A stretch of 64,000 nucleotides of DNA from contig OZ219856.1 of NCBI GenBank assembly GCA_964291395.2, forward strand, positions 896,001-960,000, read 5' to 3'. The position numbers were made by a program, and so were the translations under genes. Within the stretch, counting starts at the first letter, position 1. Every line of letters begins with the position of its first letter. The stretch is from Alphaproteobacteria bacterium. Its GTDB lineage: Bacteria > Pseudomonadota > Alphaproteobacteria > UBA2966. Positions 29,129-39,523 of the stretch are shown piece by piece. The notes beneath the pieces were generated by a model, which searched no databases, was not told the origin of the DNA, and saw nothing but the letters and a program-made list of their open reading frames with translations.

Positions 29129-30616
29129 ATGGTCTGGGAAACCCTTCAGGCCGCTCTTGAAATCGTCCTGACGGTAGAGGCCATCTTCGCCCTCTTTGGC
29201 GGCGTCGTCATCGGTACCCTGATCGGCGCGATTCCCGGCATGACGGTGACGATGGGCGTGGCGCTCACGCTGCCGTTCACGTTCGCGATGCATCCGGCCG
29301 TGGGGATCCTTCTGCTGCTCGGCGTCTACAAGGGGGGCGTTTACGGCGGATCGATCACCGCGATCCTGATCAAGACCCCGGGCACGCCGGCGGCCTCGTG
29401 CACGGTGCTCGACGGCTACCCGATGTCGCAGAACGGCGAGGCGCGCAAGGCTCTGGACATGGCCCTTTACGCTTCGTGTTTTGCGGACTTCATCTCGAAC
29501 GTCTCGCTGATTCTCTTCGCGGGTGTGCTCGCGAGCTTCGCCCTGCGCTTCGGACCTCCCGAATATTTCACGCTGATCGTGTTCTCCCTGACCATCATCG
29601 CGGGGATTGCCGGAGACAACATGGCCAAGGGCATGGTTTCGGCCGGCCTAGGCCTGTTGCTGGCGACCATGGGTCTCGATCTCGTCTACGGAACCAACCG
29701 GTTCGTCTTCGGCGAGGTCGAGCTGATGGCGGGCCTCAACTTCATTCCCGTGCTGATCGGGTTGTTCGCACTGCCGGAAATCATCAATTACTACGCCAAA
29801 CGGTTCGAGGCGCGCGGTGACATCCAGGCGTTGGCCGGCGGTCACGCGACCTTCGCGGAATTCCGCCGCTGCTTCAAAAGTATCTTTCGCGGAAGCGTGA
29901 TCGGGGTCGTGCTCGGCGCCATACCCGGCATCGGCGGCGCGCCGTCCGCCTTCTTGTCCTACAGCGAGGCCCAGCGCACCTCGAAGAACCCGGAGAACTT
30001 CGGCAACGGTGAGATCGAAGGCGTGGCGGCGTCGGAGGCTGGGAACAACGGCACCTGCGGGGCGACACTCATTCCTTTGCTGGCACTCGGCGTGCCGGGC
30101 GACATCGTCACGGCGGTGATCCTCGGCGCCTTCATGATCCACGGGCTTCAGCCGGGGCCGCTGCTCTTCGAGGACAACCTCGATCTGATCTACAGCCTGT
30201 TCATCGGCATCATGATCAGCTCGGCATTCCTGTTCATCGTCGGCAAGAGCGCGATCCGGTTGTTCAGCCGCGTGGCGCTCCTGCCCAACCAGATCCTGTT
30301 CCCGATCGTGCTGGTGCTCTGCGTGTACGGTGGATATGCGGTCAACAACAACCTGTTCGATATCCTGGTGATGATGCTGATCGGGTTGCTCGGGTTTGCC
30401 ATGCTGCGCGGTAATATCCCGGCGGCGCCGTTCCTCATCGCCTACGTCCTCGGCCCCTTGCTCGAAGACAATTTCCGGCAGTCGTTGCTGCTGTCCCACG
30501 GCGGTCTCGAGATCTTCGTACGCAATGAGATTTGCTGGATTTTCTGGGCGCTGACGGTGCTTGCCGTGTTCCTGATCGTGCGGCGGCAGCGCAAGTGGCC
30601 CAGGGACATGGAGTGA
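29129..30616 (+). CDS. tctA: TTT large permease (TctA)
   Basis: GAIPG, YGGSITAIL..PGTP, DGYPM, GPPEYF, EAGNN, ALGVPGD, PGPLLF. Confidence 0.93.
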   Translation: MVWETLQAALEIVLTVEAIFALFGGVVIGTLIGAIPGMTVTMGVALTLPFTFAMHPAVGILLLLGVYKGGVYGGSITAILIKTPGTPAASCTVLDGYPMSQNGEARKALDMALYASCFADFISNVSLILFAGVLASFALRFGPPEYFTLIVFSLTIIAGIAGDNMAKGMVSAGLGLLLATMGLDLVYGTNRFVFGEVELMAGLNFIPVLIGLFALPEIINYYAKRFEARGDIQALAGGHATFAEFRRCFKSIFRGSVIGVVLGAIPGIGGAPSAFLSYSEAQRTSKNPENFGNGEIEGVAASEAGNNGTCGATLIPLLALGVPGDIVTAVILGAFMIHGLQPGPLLFEDNLDLIYSLFIGIMISSAFLFIVGKSAIRLFSRVALLPNQILFPIVLVLCVYGGYAVNNNLFDILVMMLIGLLGFAMLRGNIPAAPFLIAYVLGPLLEDNFRQSLLLSHGGLEIFVRNEICWIFWALTVLAVFLIVRRQRKWPRDME

Positions 30617-30726
30617 CCTTCCCGAGAGACCGCTCGGGTGCGGCGGCGGCGTGATCCGGTCGTCGCAGGTCTCCCCTGACCGCGCGTGGCCTCCAGGCCC
30701 CGCCGCCATCGAAGAAGGGCTTTGAC

Positions 30727-32310
30727 GTGAGCGCCGTCGCTACCGACGTCCGGGCGCGCGCCTTATCCGAGGCGGAAGAGCGCGTCACGCTCCGCCAGTG
30801 GATCGCTGTGTCGGGCGCCATCATCGGCTCCTTCTGCGCGGTCCTGAATCATCAGATCACGAACACCTCGTTGCGTGAGATTCAGGCGGCTCTTTCCGCG
30901 AGCCTGACCGAAGCGTCGTGGATCACGACCGCCTATCTGGCCGCCGCCATCGTCATCATGCCGCTGACGGCCTGGTTAACGCGGGTGTTCTCCATCCGCA
31001 CCTACGCGACGGTCAACACCGCCGGGTTCATGCTCTCGCTCGTCGCCTGCGCCCTGGCCTGGGACCTGAACGCGATGATCGCCCTTCGGTTCATCGCCGG
31101 TCTGTTCGGCGGCGGCCTCATGCCCATGGCCTTTACCGTCATCCTCGCGACGCTGCCCCCGTCGAAGCGGCCCGTCGCCTTCATGTGGTGGGCCCTGCTG
31201 ACGGTCCAGGCGCCGACCGTGGGACCTGCCCTCGGCGGCTGGCTGACGGACACGTTTTCGTGGGAACTGATCTTCTACGTCCAGATCATCCCGGCGGGAA
31301 TTACCCTCGTTTGCTTGCTCTCCGGCCTCGACCGGTCGCCCCGGTCGCTCGGACTCCTGCGCCAGATCCAGTGGTTCAGCATCGCTTTCATGGCGGTCGG
31401 ACTGTTTCTGTTCATCACCGTGCTCGAGGAAGGCAACCGCAACGACTGGTTCACCTCCGATCACATCCTGCGGCTGTCGGCCATCTCCGGCCTGTGCCTC
31501 TTCGCCTTCATTACGGTCCAGCTGTTCAGGAAGGAGCCGTACATAAACCTGCGCCTGTGCGGGAGGCGCAACTTCGGGATCTGCTGTTTCATCTTCTTCG
31601 CCTTCGGGGTCGGCGTGTACGGGACGATGTTCATCATCGCCCTCTACCTGATCCAGATTCCCCAGTACACGGCGACCCAGGTCAGCACGGTGATCATGTG
31701 GATCGGCATTCCGCAGATCGTCGCCGCGCCCCTGGTGCTATGGCTCCTGCCGCGCGTCGATGCGCGCCTGCTGCTGGGTTTCGGGTGCGTTCTCTTCAGC
31801 GTCAGCTGCTTCCTGAACGTCGATATGAGCTTCGACACCGGCTACTGGGAGCTCATGTTCATCAACGTCATCCGGGCCGTCGGGCAGCCCTTCATCATGG
31901 TCGTGTTGCCGATCTTCGCGACGTCCCTGCTGGAGCCCGACAACCACGGTTCGGCCGCGGCGATCCTCAACATGACCCGGGATATCGGCGGCGCCGTCGG
32001 CATCGCCTGCCTCAACACGGGCATATCCCGGCGAGCTGATTTCCACGTCGATCACGTCAGCGAACACGTCTCCTCCTACGACGCGGAAACCACGGCCAGG
32101 CTCGATCAGTTGACCCAGCATTTCTTCGCCTACAGCGGTGACCTCCAGCTCGCCCGGGATCAGGCCGTAGCGGCGCTGAACTCCCTGGTCGCGCGGGACG
32201 CCACGATCATGGCCTACAACGACATGTTCTTCGTGATCGGCGTGATCTTCGTGATCGGGCTGATCGTCTGTTTCTTCCTGCGCAAGGCGCCCGCGCAACG
32301 ACGCGGCTAG
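30727..32310 (+). CDS. DHA2 (EmrB/QacA) family MFS efflux permease
   Basis: 14-TM pattern, WITTAYL, GGGLMP, APTVGPALGGWLTD..SW, LEEG...DWF. Confidence 0.9.
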   Translation: MSAVATDVRARALSEAEERVTLRQWIAVSGAIIGSFCAVLNHQITNTSLREIQAALSASLTEASWITTAYLAAAIVIMPLTAWLTRVFSIRTYATVNTAGFMLSLVACALAWDLNAMIALRFIAGLFGGGLMPMAFTVILATLPPSKRPVAFMWWALLTVQAPTVGPALGGWLTDTFSWELIFYVQIIPAGITLVCLLSGLDRSPRSLGLLRQIQWFSIAFMAVGLFLFITVLEEGNRNDWFTSDHILRLSAISGLCLFAFITVQLFRKEPYINLRLCGRRNFGICCFIFFAFGVGVYGTMFIIALYLIQIPQYTATQVSTVIMWIGIPQIVAAPLVLWLLPRVDARLLLGFGCVLFSVSCFLNVDMSFDTGYWELMFINVIRAVGQPFIMVVLPIFATSLLEPDNHGSAAAILNMTRDIGGAVGIACLNTGISRRADFHVDHVSEHVSSYDAETTARLDQLTQHFFAYSGDLQLARDQAVAALNSLVARDATIMAYNDMFFVIGVIFVIGLIVCFFLRKAPAQRRG

Positions 32311-32333
32311 GATATTTTGGGGTGGAGCCGACC

Positions 32334-32360
32334 TGGGGTCGGACCCGAGGTCCGACCTCA
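32334..32360. terminator. Inverted repeat between convergent MFS and plsY genes (possible bidirectional terminator or REP-like palindrome)
   Basis: TGGGGTCGGACC-CGA-GGTCCGACCTCA; no strong U-tract. Confidence 0.4.
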
Positions 32361-32384
32361 AGTTACGGCGACTGGAGGTCGTCG

Positions 32385-32999
32385 CTAAGGTTTGAGCTTG
32401 ATCCTCGATTCCTCGCGCTTGAGAAGGCGGCGAATATTCGTGTGGTGGCGGACAAATACCAGGACCGCGAGGAAGGCCGCGAGTTCCGTCCGCTGAAGAT
32501 CGGCCAGGAACCACATATAGGCGGGGGCAACGGCGAGCGACACCAGCGCGGCCAGCGAGGAGTAGCGGAATGCCGCGGCCACGGCCAACCAGGTCAGGCA
32601 GGCGAGCAGGCCGACCTCCCAACACGCCGCGATCAGGATGCCGAGCGCCGTCGCGACGCCCTTGCCGCCCCGGAACTTGAGCCACACCGGAAACAGGTGG
32701 CCGAGGAAGGCTCCGCCGCCGGCCAGCACCGCCATATCGGGTCCAAGCAGGCCGGCGATCCAGAACGCCGCCGCACCCTTCCCGCCGTCGAGCAGCACCG
32801 TCAGCGCCGCCAAGCCCTTGCTCCCGGTCCGCAGCACGTTGGTCGCCCCGATATTGCCGGAGCCGATCCGCCGGATATCCCCGTGACCGGTGAGTTTCGT
32901 CAGCACCAATCCGAAGGGAACCGACCCCAGCAAATAGCCGAGCGCCACTGCTGCGAAGAACGGCCAGGTATAGCTGAGGTCTCCCATGGGGTCGGGCAT
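32385..32999 (-). CDS. plsY: Glycerol-3-phosphate 1-O-acyltransferase
   Basis: YLLGSVPFG, GSGNIGATNVLR, DGGKG, GHLFPVWLKFRGGKGVAT, RHHTNIRRL. Confidence 0.95.
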   Translation of the reverse strand: MPDPMGDLSYTWPFFAAVALGYLLGSVPFGLVLTKLTGHGDIRRIGSGNIGATNVLRTGSKGLAALTVLLDGGKGAAAFWIAGLLGPDMAVLAGGGAFLGHLFPVWLKFRGGKGVATALGILIAACWEVGLLACLTWLAVAAAFRYSSLAALVSLAVAPAYMWFLADLQRTELAAFLAVLVFVRHHTNIRRLLKREESRIKLKP

Positions 33000-33013
33000 G
33001 GTGGCGCTTCCGG

Positions 33014-34339
33014 TTATACCCGGGGGGAGAACTCGTAAACCGTATGCCCGGCGACGACCGTTCTCACGGCGCGTCCCTGAACCGGACGGCCGTCGAACGG
33101 CGTGTTCTTCGACTTGGCGACCAAGCCTTCCTCGCTGAGCCGCCATGGAGTATCCAGATCGATCACCACCAGGTCGGCCGGTGCGCCGGCCTCCAGGCGT
33201 CCGACGTCGAGCTCCAGGAGCCGCGCCGGGGCTGCGGTCATCATCTCCAGGACCCGCATCAGGGGCAGGGAACCGTTGTGATGGAGTTCGAGCGCCAGGG
33301 GCAGCATGGTTTCCAGGCCGGCGATGCCGTTCGCCGCCTGGATGAAGGGCTGACGCTTGCTCTCCTGGTCTTGCGGGCAGTGGTCGCTGACGATGACGTC
33401 GATCGCGCCGTCTCGCATGCCGCCGATCAGCGCTTGTCGATCCTCCTCCCCGCGGAGCGGCGGCGACGTCTTGGCGAACGTCCGATATTCGCCGACGGCG
33501 GTTTCGTTGAGCGCGAAATGGTACGAGGCGACACCCGCCGAGATCGGCAGGCCGCGCGTCTTGGCGTTGGCCAGGCAGGCGACGGATTCGGCCGTCGAGA
33601 CGCAGGCGGCGTGGTAGCGCCCGCCGGTCAACTCCACGAGCCGCAGGTCGCGCTCCAGCACGATCACCTCCGCGGCCGCGGGAATACCCGGAAGTCCGAG
33701 GCGCAGGGCTAGCTCGCCCTCGTTCATGCAACCGGTGCTGGCTAGGGCCGCTTCTTCGACGTGCTGGACGATCAGCAGGCCCAGTCCGGAGGCATAGGCC
33801 AGCGCGCGGCGCATGAGCTGAGCATCGGCGACGGCTCGGTCACCGTCCGTGAAGGCGACAGCGCCGGCTTCCGCGAGAAGGCCCATTTCGGTCATCTCGA
33901 GTCCCTCGATCCCCTTGGTGAGTGCGCCCATCGGGTGCACCCGCACCACGGCGTCTTCCCGGGCGCGGCGTTCGATGTACTCGACAAGGGCGGTGTCGTC
34001 GATCACCGGGTCCGTACCGGGGAGGCAGATGACGGTGGTGACGCCGCCGACGGCCGCCGCCTCGGTTCCCGTCGCCAGTGTCTCTTTGTGCTCGTACCCG
34101 GGCTCGCCCAGGAATGCCCGCATGTCGATCAGGCCGGGGGCCAGAATATGGCCGCCGCAGTCGACCGCGCCGATGTCGTCCGGCACGCCGTCGCTGAACA
34201 GTCCGGGGCCGATTTGTGTGATGCGGTTTCCCTCGGTGAGCAGGGCCCCTGGCTCGTCGCGGCCGTGCCAGGGATCGATCAGCCGCGCGTTGACGTACGC
34301 CACGCGGCCGGGGTCACCCTTCGAGAAACTCCTCGCCAC
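33014..34339 (-). CDS. pyrC: Dihydroorotase (alphaproteobacterial PyrC/PyrC'-type)
   Basis: PGLIDM, EPGYEHKET, GGVTT, K.SPPLR, SDHCP, SKNTPF; lies between pyrB and plsY. Confidence 0.9.
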   Translation of the reverse strand: MARSFSKGDPGRVAYVNARLIDPWHGRDEPGALLTEGNRITQIGPGLFSDGVPDDIGAVDCGGHILAPGLIDMRAFLGEPGYEHKETLATGTEAAAVGGVTTVICLPGTDPVIDDTALVEYIERRAREDAVVRVHPMGALTKGIEGLEMTEMGLLAEAGAVAFTDGDRAVADAQLMRRALAYASGLGLLIVQHVEEAALASTGCMNEGELALRLGLPGIPAAAEVIVLERDLRLVELTGGRYHAACVSTAESVACLANAKTRGLPISAGVASYHFALNETAVGEYRTFAKTSPPLRGEEDRQALIGGMRDGAIDVIVSDHCPQDQESKRQPFIQAANGIAGLETMLPLALELHHNGSLPLMRVLEMMTAAPARLLELDVGRLEAGAPADLVVIDLDTPWRLSEEGLVAKSKNTPFDGRPVQGRAVRTVVAGHTVYEFSPRV

Positions 34340-34344
34340 GTCCG

Positions 34345-35322
34345 CTACTCCGCCGTGCCGGCGTCCGTCGGCGAGGCGTTCGACAGATGGCCGGTCAGAA
34401 TGTCGAGGCAGGCCATGCGGACGGCGACGCCCATCTCGACCTGCTCCCGGATGACGCTCCGGTCGATGTCGTCCGCCACGTCGGTGTCGATCTCAACGCC
34501 CCGGTTCATCGGACCCGGATGCATGATCAGAGCGTCGGGCTTCGCGGCCGCCAGCTTTTGGTAATCGAGGCCGTAGAAATGGAAATACTCGCGCACCGAG
34601 GGAACGTAGGCTCCCTGCATGCGTTCCGTCTGCAGGCGCAGCATCATCACGATATCGGCGCCGCCTAGGCCGCTTCCCATGTCGTGGTACACGTCCACGC
34701 CCATGCGGTGGAACAGCGGCGAGACCAGCGTCGGCGGAGCGACGACCCGCACCCGGGCACCCATGGTGACCAGAAGCTGGATATTCGAACGCGCGACGCG
34801 GCTGTGCAGAATGTCGCCGCAGATGGCGACGATCAGGCCGTCGAGGCGTCCGCGCCGGCGGCGGATCGTCAGCGCGTCGAGGAGGGCCTGGGTCGGGTGT
34901 TCGTGGCCGCCGTCACCGGCGTTGATGACGGCGCAGTCCACCTTCTGGGCGAGCAGATTGACGGCGCCCGAGTGCGGATGACGCACGACCAGAACGTCGG
35001 GATGCATGGCGTTGAGCGTCATCGCCGTGTCGATCAGGGTTTCGCCCTTTCGGATCGACGAGGCTTCGGCAGACATGTTGATGACGTCCGCGCCGAGTCG
35101 CTTACCGGCGAGCTCGAACGACGTGCGCGTGCGGGTGGAGCTTTCGAAAAAGAGGTTGATCTGCGTACGGCCCCGCAGCAGCGATTGCTTCTTGTCTACG
35201 CGTCGATTCTGGTCGACGTACGCCTCCGACTTGTCGAGCAGGACGGTGATTTCCCCGGCTGACAGGCCTTCGATGCCAAGCAGGTGGCGGTGCGGATAGG
35301 AGTGGGACGTGGCCGTAGCCAT
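34345..35322 (-). CDS. pyrB: Aspartate carbamoyltransferase catalytic subunit
   Basis: [51 protein letters not shown]. Confidence 0.97.
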   Translation of the reverse strand: MATATSHSYPHRHLLGIEGLSAGEITVLLDKSEAYVDQNRRVDKKQSLLRGRTQINLFFESSTRTRTSFELAGKRLGADVINMSAEASSIRKGETLIDTAMTLNAMHPDVLVVRHPHSGAVNLLAQKVDCAVINAGDGGHEHPTQALLDALTIRRRRGRLDGLIVAICGDILHSRVARSNIQLLVTMGARVRVVAPPTLVSPLFHRMGVDVYHDMGSGLGGADIVMMLRLQTERMQGAYVPSVREYFHFYGLDYQKLAAAKPDALIMHPGPMNRGVEIDTDVADDIDRSVIREQVEMGVAVRMACLDILTGHLSNASPTDAGTAE

Positions 35323-35363
35323 TAAAGGGCCTATATACGCTCACCGGTGGATAGGGAGCAAGC

Positions 35364-36233
35364 TTACTGCGGCGGTGTGCCCCTCAGCGTCGTACGGTGC
35401 AGATAGCGGCGTTGCGGCAGCGCGTAGTCACAGATGGCGAGATGCTGAGTGGGGATGTTGTCCCACATCAGAAGATCTCCCGGGCGCCATTTGTGACGGT
35501 AGACGAATTCAGGCTTCGTGCAGTGGGTGCACAACTCCTCCAGCAGATCCCGCGCTTCATCCTCGGGAAGGCCGAGAATTCGCGCGGTCTGGCCTTCGTT
35601 GACGTAGATGCTCTTGCGCCCGGTGATCGGATGGGTACGCGCGATCTTGTGCACCACCGGCGGCGCCCTATCATGATGCCGGTCTTCCAGTTCGGCGTTC
35701 GCGTCGCCGTCCGCGACCAGCTTCGCATGGCGATTGGCGAGGCTGAACTCGGCCTTGAGGTCCGCGATCCGGCTTTTCATGCTGTCGGAGAGCGCGTCAT
35801 AGGCGGCGGACGTGCTGGCGAACAGGGTGTCACCCAACGGCTTGCCGTCCTCGTCATGCGGCACCTCGATGGCGTAGAGCAGCGAGCCGCGGCTCGGCAC
35901 GGCCATGTAGGACAAATCGGTATGCCAGTAGCGACCGGCATCGTAGATGCCGACGTGCCGGTCCCCGTCCATGACGTTGGAGACGATCAGGATTTCCGGA
36001 TGCTCGGGGTGCAGATACTGGTCGAGAACGTGCACTTCGAGATTCCCGAAGCGACGGCTGAACGCGAGGTGCTGGGCTTCGTCGATCGACTGCTCGCGAA
36101 ACAGCAGCACCGAATGCTCGTTGTAAGCCTCCTCGATGGCGGCGAAAGTTTCGTCGTCGAGGGTTTTAGACAGATCCACGCCGCGAACTTCGGCCCCGAG
36201 TGCCGCGTCGAACGTCCGTACATTCAGCGTCAT
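35364..36233 (-). CDS. TauD/TfdA-family dioxygenase
   Basis: LGAEVRGVDL, WHTD (HxD), THPITGRK, GDLLMWDN..TQH. Confidence 0.92.
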   Translation of the reverse strand: MTLNVRTFDAALGAEVRGVDLSKTLDDETFAAIEEAYNEHSVLLFREQSIDEAQHLAFSRRFGNLEVHVLDQYLHPEHPEILIVSNVMDGDRHVGIYDAGRYWHTDLSYMAVPSRGSLLYAIEVPHDEDGKPLGDTLFASTSAAYDALSDSMKSRIADLKAEFSLANRHAKLVADGDANAELEDRHHDRAPPVVHKIARTHPITGRKSIYVNEGQTARILGLPEDEARDLLEELCTHCTKPEFVYRHKWRPGDLLMWDNIPTQHLAICDYALPQRRYLHRTTLRGTPPQ

Positions 36234-36251
36234 AGTCCGAAAGCTTCCTGA

Positions 36252-37070
36252 TCAATACGGCCGGTCGCCGGCCGCCGTCGTGCGGTACATCAGGCGCGGC
36301 ATGGTGTCGTCATAGTCGCGCACGGCGTAGTGCATCGCGCAGCGATTGTCCCACATCAGCACGTCACCGGCGCGCCAATGGTGGCGGAAGACGTTTTCCG
36401 GGCGGGTCGCCCGTGCCGTCAGCATGTCGAGCAACGGCTGGCTCTCCTCCGGCGTCCAGCCGGTGAAGTTCATGGTGTAGTGGGGATTGACGTAGAGTGC
36501 CTTGCGGCCGGTGCCCGGGTGGGTGCGCACGACCGGATGGGTCACGGAGGGAGGCGAGACGTCGACCGACAGGCGGTTGGGCACCTCCTGCACCAGTTTT
36601 TCCGCGGAATGCTGGGCGGTCATGCCGTCGAGCACGGACTTCAGGCCCGCGGACAGTCCCTCATATGCTTCGTACATGTTGCAGAACATCGTGTCCGCAC
36701 GGCCTTCCGTAACTTCGATGGCGTAAAGGATCGATCCCAATGGCGGCACGTCGTCGAAAGAGATATCCGAGTGCCAGAAATCGTTGCGGGGGCCCGGCTT
36801 GCCGGGCTTGTTTTCCAGCACCATGACATTGGGATGGTCGCCGAGACCCCGGCGGGAGCCTAGGGGGTGCGGCTCCGCGGGGCCGAATTTCTCCGTGAAG
36901 GCGACTAGATGTTCCGGCTCGATCCGCTGACCCCGCATGACGATGACCAGATGCCGGTGGAACGCCTCCCGCACTTCGGCGAATACCTGGTCCTCGATAG
37001 GCCGAGACAGGTCGACTCCACCGATCTCGGCGCCAAGGGTTCCGGACAAGGGTCGCGCCGTGATGTGCAT
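36252..37070 (-). CDS. TauD/TfdA-family dioxygenase (taurine/alkylsulfate dioxygenase-like)
   Basis: GAEIGGVDL, WHSD, HPVVRTHP.TGRKALYVN, WDNRCAMH; start 37070 or 37103. Confidence 0.92.
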   Translation of the reverse strand: MHITARPLSGTLGAEIGGVDLSRPIEDQVFAEVREAFHRHLVIVMRGQRIEPEHLVAFTEKFGPAEPHPLGSRRGLGDHPNVMVLENKPGKPGPRNDFWHSDISFDDVPPLGSILYAIEVTEGRADTMFCNMYEAYEGLSAGLKSVLDGMTAQHSAEKLVQEVPNRLSVDVSPPSVTHPVVRTHPGTGRKALYVNPHYTMNFTGWTPEESQPLLDMLTARATRPENVFRHHWRAGDVLMWDNRCAMHYAVRDYDDTMPRLMYRTTAAGDRPY

Positions 37071-37114
37071 GAACTCGGTTTCGTTCCAGACTGCCGTGTC
37101 CAAGGATCCGACCT

Positions 37115-38488
37115 CTACTCCGCGCCGGCGGCCATGGGCACCTCATCGAAGAAGGTCGCCATGTCCGCGACTTCCTCGAGCGACAGGACCTTGTCGATGA
37201 GTACGTCCGCTTGCCCGGGCGTCATCGGCGCGACGCCGGCGGCGGCGCAGTCATGGAACTTGGCCTTGAGGTCATCGAGGCTCAGCGGGTTCTCGGGTGT
37301 GCCGGGTGTATGGTCGACGCGTCGGGTCAGAGCTCCGTGCTTGGCCGTGTGGATCGTCAGCTCGCAGGGCGCGAACTTTCCTGGCCAGTCGTCGTTGACG
37401 CTAACCGTCACCTTGTCGGCGAGATCGTTGATCAAGGGATCGAAGATCACATTCTCTTGGATCTCGGCGATGCCGAGCTTGCGCCGCGCGACGGCGCACG
37501 CGATCGAGTACTGGACGCTGAACTGCGCCGCGACCTGAGGATTGTCGCCGGGGTCCCAGTCTGCCCCGACGAGCTGGTTCATGAAGGGGGAGATGACCAC
37601 CTCCGCCCCGGTGACGTCGTCGGCGCCGAGGTCGAATTCATCGGCGAGCGCGACGGCGCCCTGGATCGCGACGTGATTGGCCGTACAGCTCGGATATTTC
37701 TTGGTCACGGTGACGGCATTTTCGTAGCGCTCGCCAAGGTCGGCGACCAGGGCCTGCGCGTCGCCTTCTCCGTAGAGCGTATAGAACCCGAACTTGCCTT
37801 CGAACGCCCGTCGGGGGGCGGTGAGTCCCTTTTCCGCCGCAAGCGCCGCGAAGACGCTCGACCGCGCCGTCATGCCGGACAGCATGCGCTTGACCAGGCT
37901 CTTCTCGACGACGGCCTGCTGCGCGCCCGCGGCCTGGCTGAAGGCGAGCCCGATCGCATTGGTCGTCCCCTCGGCGTCGAGTTCGAGAAGCTTCGCCGCC
38001 GCCGCCGCGCCGCCGAAGACCCCGTGCACCGCCGTGTTGAACCAGCCGCGGTTGCCCGCCATGGCGCCGCCGGAGCGGCAGCTGATGTCGTTGCCGAGCG
38101 CCATCGCCGTGAGGAATTCCTTCCCGCTCGCATGGCGCCGCTCGGCGACCGCCCAGGCCGCGGGCAGGGTGACGATGTCGGGGTGGACCGAGCCCTTTTC
38201 GTACACGCCATCGTAGTCGAGAGCGCCGGCATAGGTGCCGTTCATCAACGCCGCCACCGTCGCCGGCAGGCGGATGTCGGAGCCGAACACCGTGCAGTCG
38301 GGACTTCCGCCCTCGGAGAACACCAGTTGACGCAACGCTTCCGTACCCGGCGCCTCCGTGCCCGCCCAGGCAACGCCGAGGGTGTCCAGCAGGAACCACT
38401 TGGTGACGGAGACGGCATCGGCCGGAAGATCCTCGAACCGAGTGGAGGTGACGTGGTCGGCGAGGGTCTGCGACAAGCTCGGCATCAT
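37115..38488 (-). CDS. MmgE/PrpD family protein
   Basis: LDTLGVAWAG, ALDYD...VHP, FEGKFG, KKYPSC..NH, AQFS..Y, PGTPENP. Confidence 0.9.
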   Translation of the reverse strand: MMPSLSQTLADHVTSTRFEDLPADAVSVTKWFLLDTLGVAWAGTEAPGTEALRQLVFSEGGSPDCTVFGSDIRLPATVAALMNGTYAGALDYDGVYEKGSVHPDIVTLPAAWAVAERRHASGKEFLTAMALGNDISCRSGGAMAGNRGWFNTAVHGVFGGAAAAAKLLELDAEGTTNAIGLAFSQAAGAQQAVVEKSLVKRMLSGMTARSSVFAALAAEKGLTAPRRAFEGKFGFYTLYGEGDAQALVADLGERYENAVTVTKKYPSCTANHVAIQGAVALADEFDLGADDVTGAEVVISPFMNQLVGADWDPGDNPQVAAQFSVQYSIACAVARRKLGIAEIQENVIFDPLINDLADKVTVSVNDDWPGKFAPCELTIHTAKHGALTRRVDHTPGTPENPLSLDDLKAKFHDCAAAGVAPMTPGQADVLIDKVLSLEEVADMATFFDEVPMAAGAE

Positions 38489-38625
38489 GGTGGCGGGTTC
38501 CCGATACTACGGGTCGGAGATTCACGGCTCGCCGCAATCTACAGAAAGCGCCTGCCGTCGGGCAACGATCGAGGAGCTTCTCCGCCGGATTCGCGGGGCA
38601 TCTCTCCTCCTGATCGCGGATCGAC

Positions 38626-39102
38626 TCACCGCCGGCGCCGGTCCCTGTCCAGGCTGTCGAGAGCCGCCTGCAGGATGTAGGCGGCCGCCATCTTGTCCAC
38701 CACTTCCGACCGCCGCTTGCGACTGGCGTCGGCGTCCAGCAGCGTTCGAGTGACTGCGGCGGTGGACAACCGCTCGTCCCAGAAGGTCATGGGTACATCC
38801 ACGCGGGTTTCCAGGTTTCTCGCGAACTGACGCACGGATTGGCAGCGAGGTCCTTCACTGCCGTCCATGTTGAGGGGAAGGCCGAGCACCAAGCCGCCGA
38901 TTCGCTCACGTTTGATGATCTCACGCAATGACTCGGCATCCCCGGCGAATTTCCCGCGCCGCAGAGTGTCCAAGGGCGTGGCGATGGTGAGGGTCACATC
39001 GGACAGCGCCAGTCCCAGGGTCTTCGACCCTACGTCGATGCCGAGCCAGCGCTCGTCTTCGCCAAGCGACTCCACGAGTTCCCTTGGGTTGCGGGTGATC
39101 AT
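38626..39102 (-). CDS. ruvX: YqgF/RuvX pre-16S rRNA nuclease / putative Holliday junction resolvase
   Basis: GIDVGSKTLGLALSD, GLPLNMDGSEGPR, WDERLST, VDKMAAAYILQ. Confidence 0.95.
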   Translation of the reverse strand: MITRNPRELVESLGEDERWLGIDVGSKTLGLALSDVTLTIATPLDTLRRGKFAGDAESLREIIKRERIGGLVLGLPLNMDGSEGPRCQSVRQFARNLETRVDVPMTFWDERLSTAAVTRTLLDADASRKRRSEVVDKMAAAYILQAALDSLDRDRRRR

Positions 39103-39235
39103 GGCGGGTGTTACGTTCCGCCGCGCGCGAACGGACGGCCCCTCACGGCGTGTCGAAATCCATCGGGATTCGCTCCGGGCCTCCGGATTCGCTGGCGGAC
39201 CATCCGGAACAGCATCATCGCCGAGAAGTTGGCAC

Positions 39236-39523
39236 ATGTCGCTCGATAAGGCCACTGTGAGCAGAATCGCCCGCTTGGCGCGCATTCGTGTGCCCGACGA
39301 GGATCTCGAACGGCTGGGCGGGGAGCTCGACAACATCCTGAGCTGGGTCGAACAGTTGGGCGAGGTGGATACGTCCGACGTGCCCCCGATGACCAGCGTC
39401 GTGGAGATGCGGCTTCCCAAACGCGAGGACACCGTGACCGACGGCGCCTATCCCGAAAAGGTTCTGGGCAACGCACCCGAGTCGGAGGCGGGCTTTTTCG
39501 TCGTGCCCAAGGTCGTCGAATAG
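39236..39523 (+). CDS. gatC: Asp/Glu-tRNA amidotransferase subunit C
   Basis: VSRIARLARI, VEQL.EVDT, NAP....FFVVPKVVE. Confidence 0.95.
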   Translation: MSLDKATVSRIARLARIRVPDEDLERLGGELDNILSWVEQLGEVDTSDVPPMTSVVEMRLPKREDTVTDGAYPEKVLGNAPESEAGFFVVPKVVE

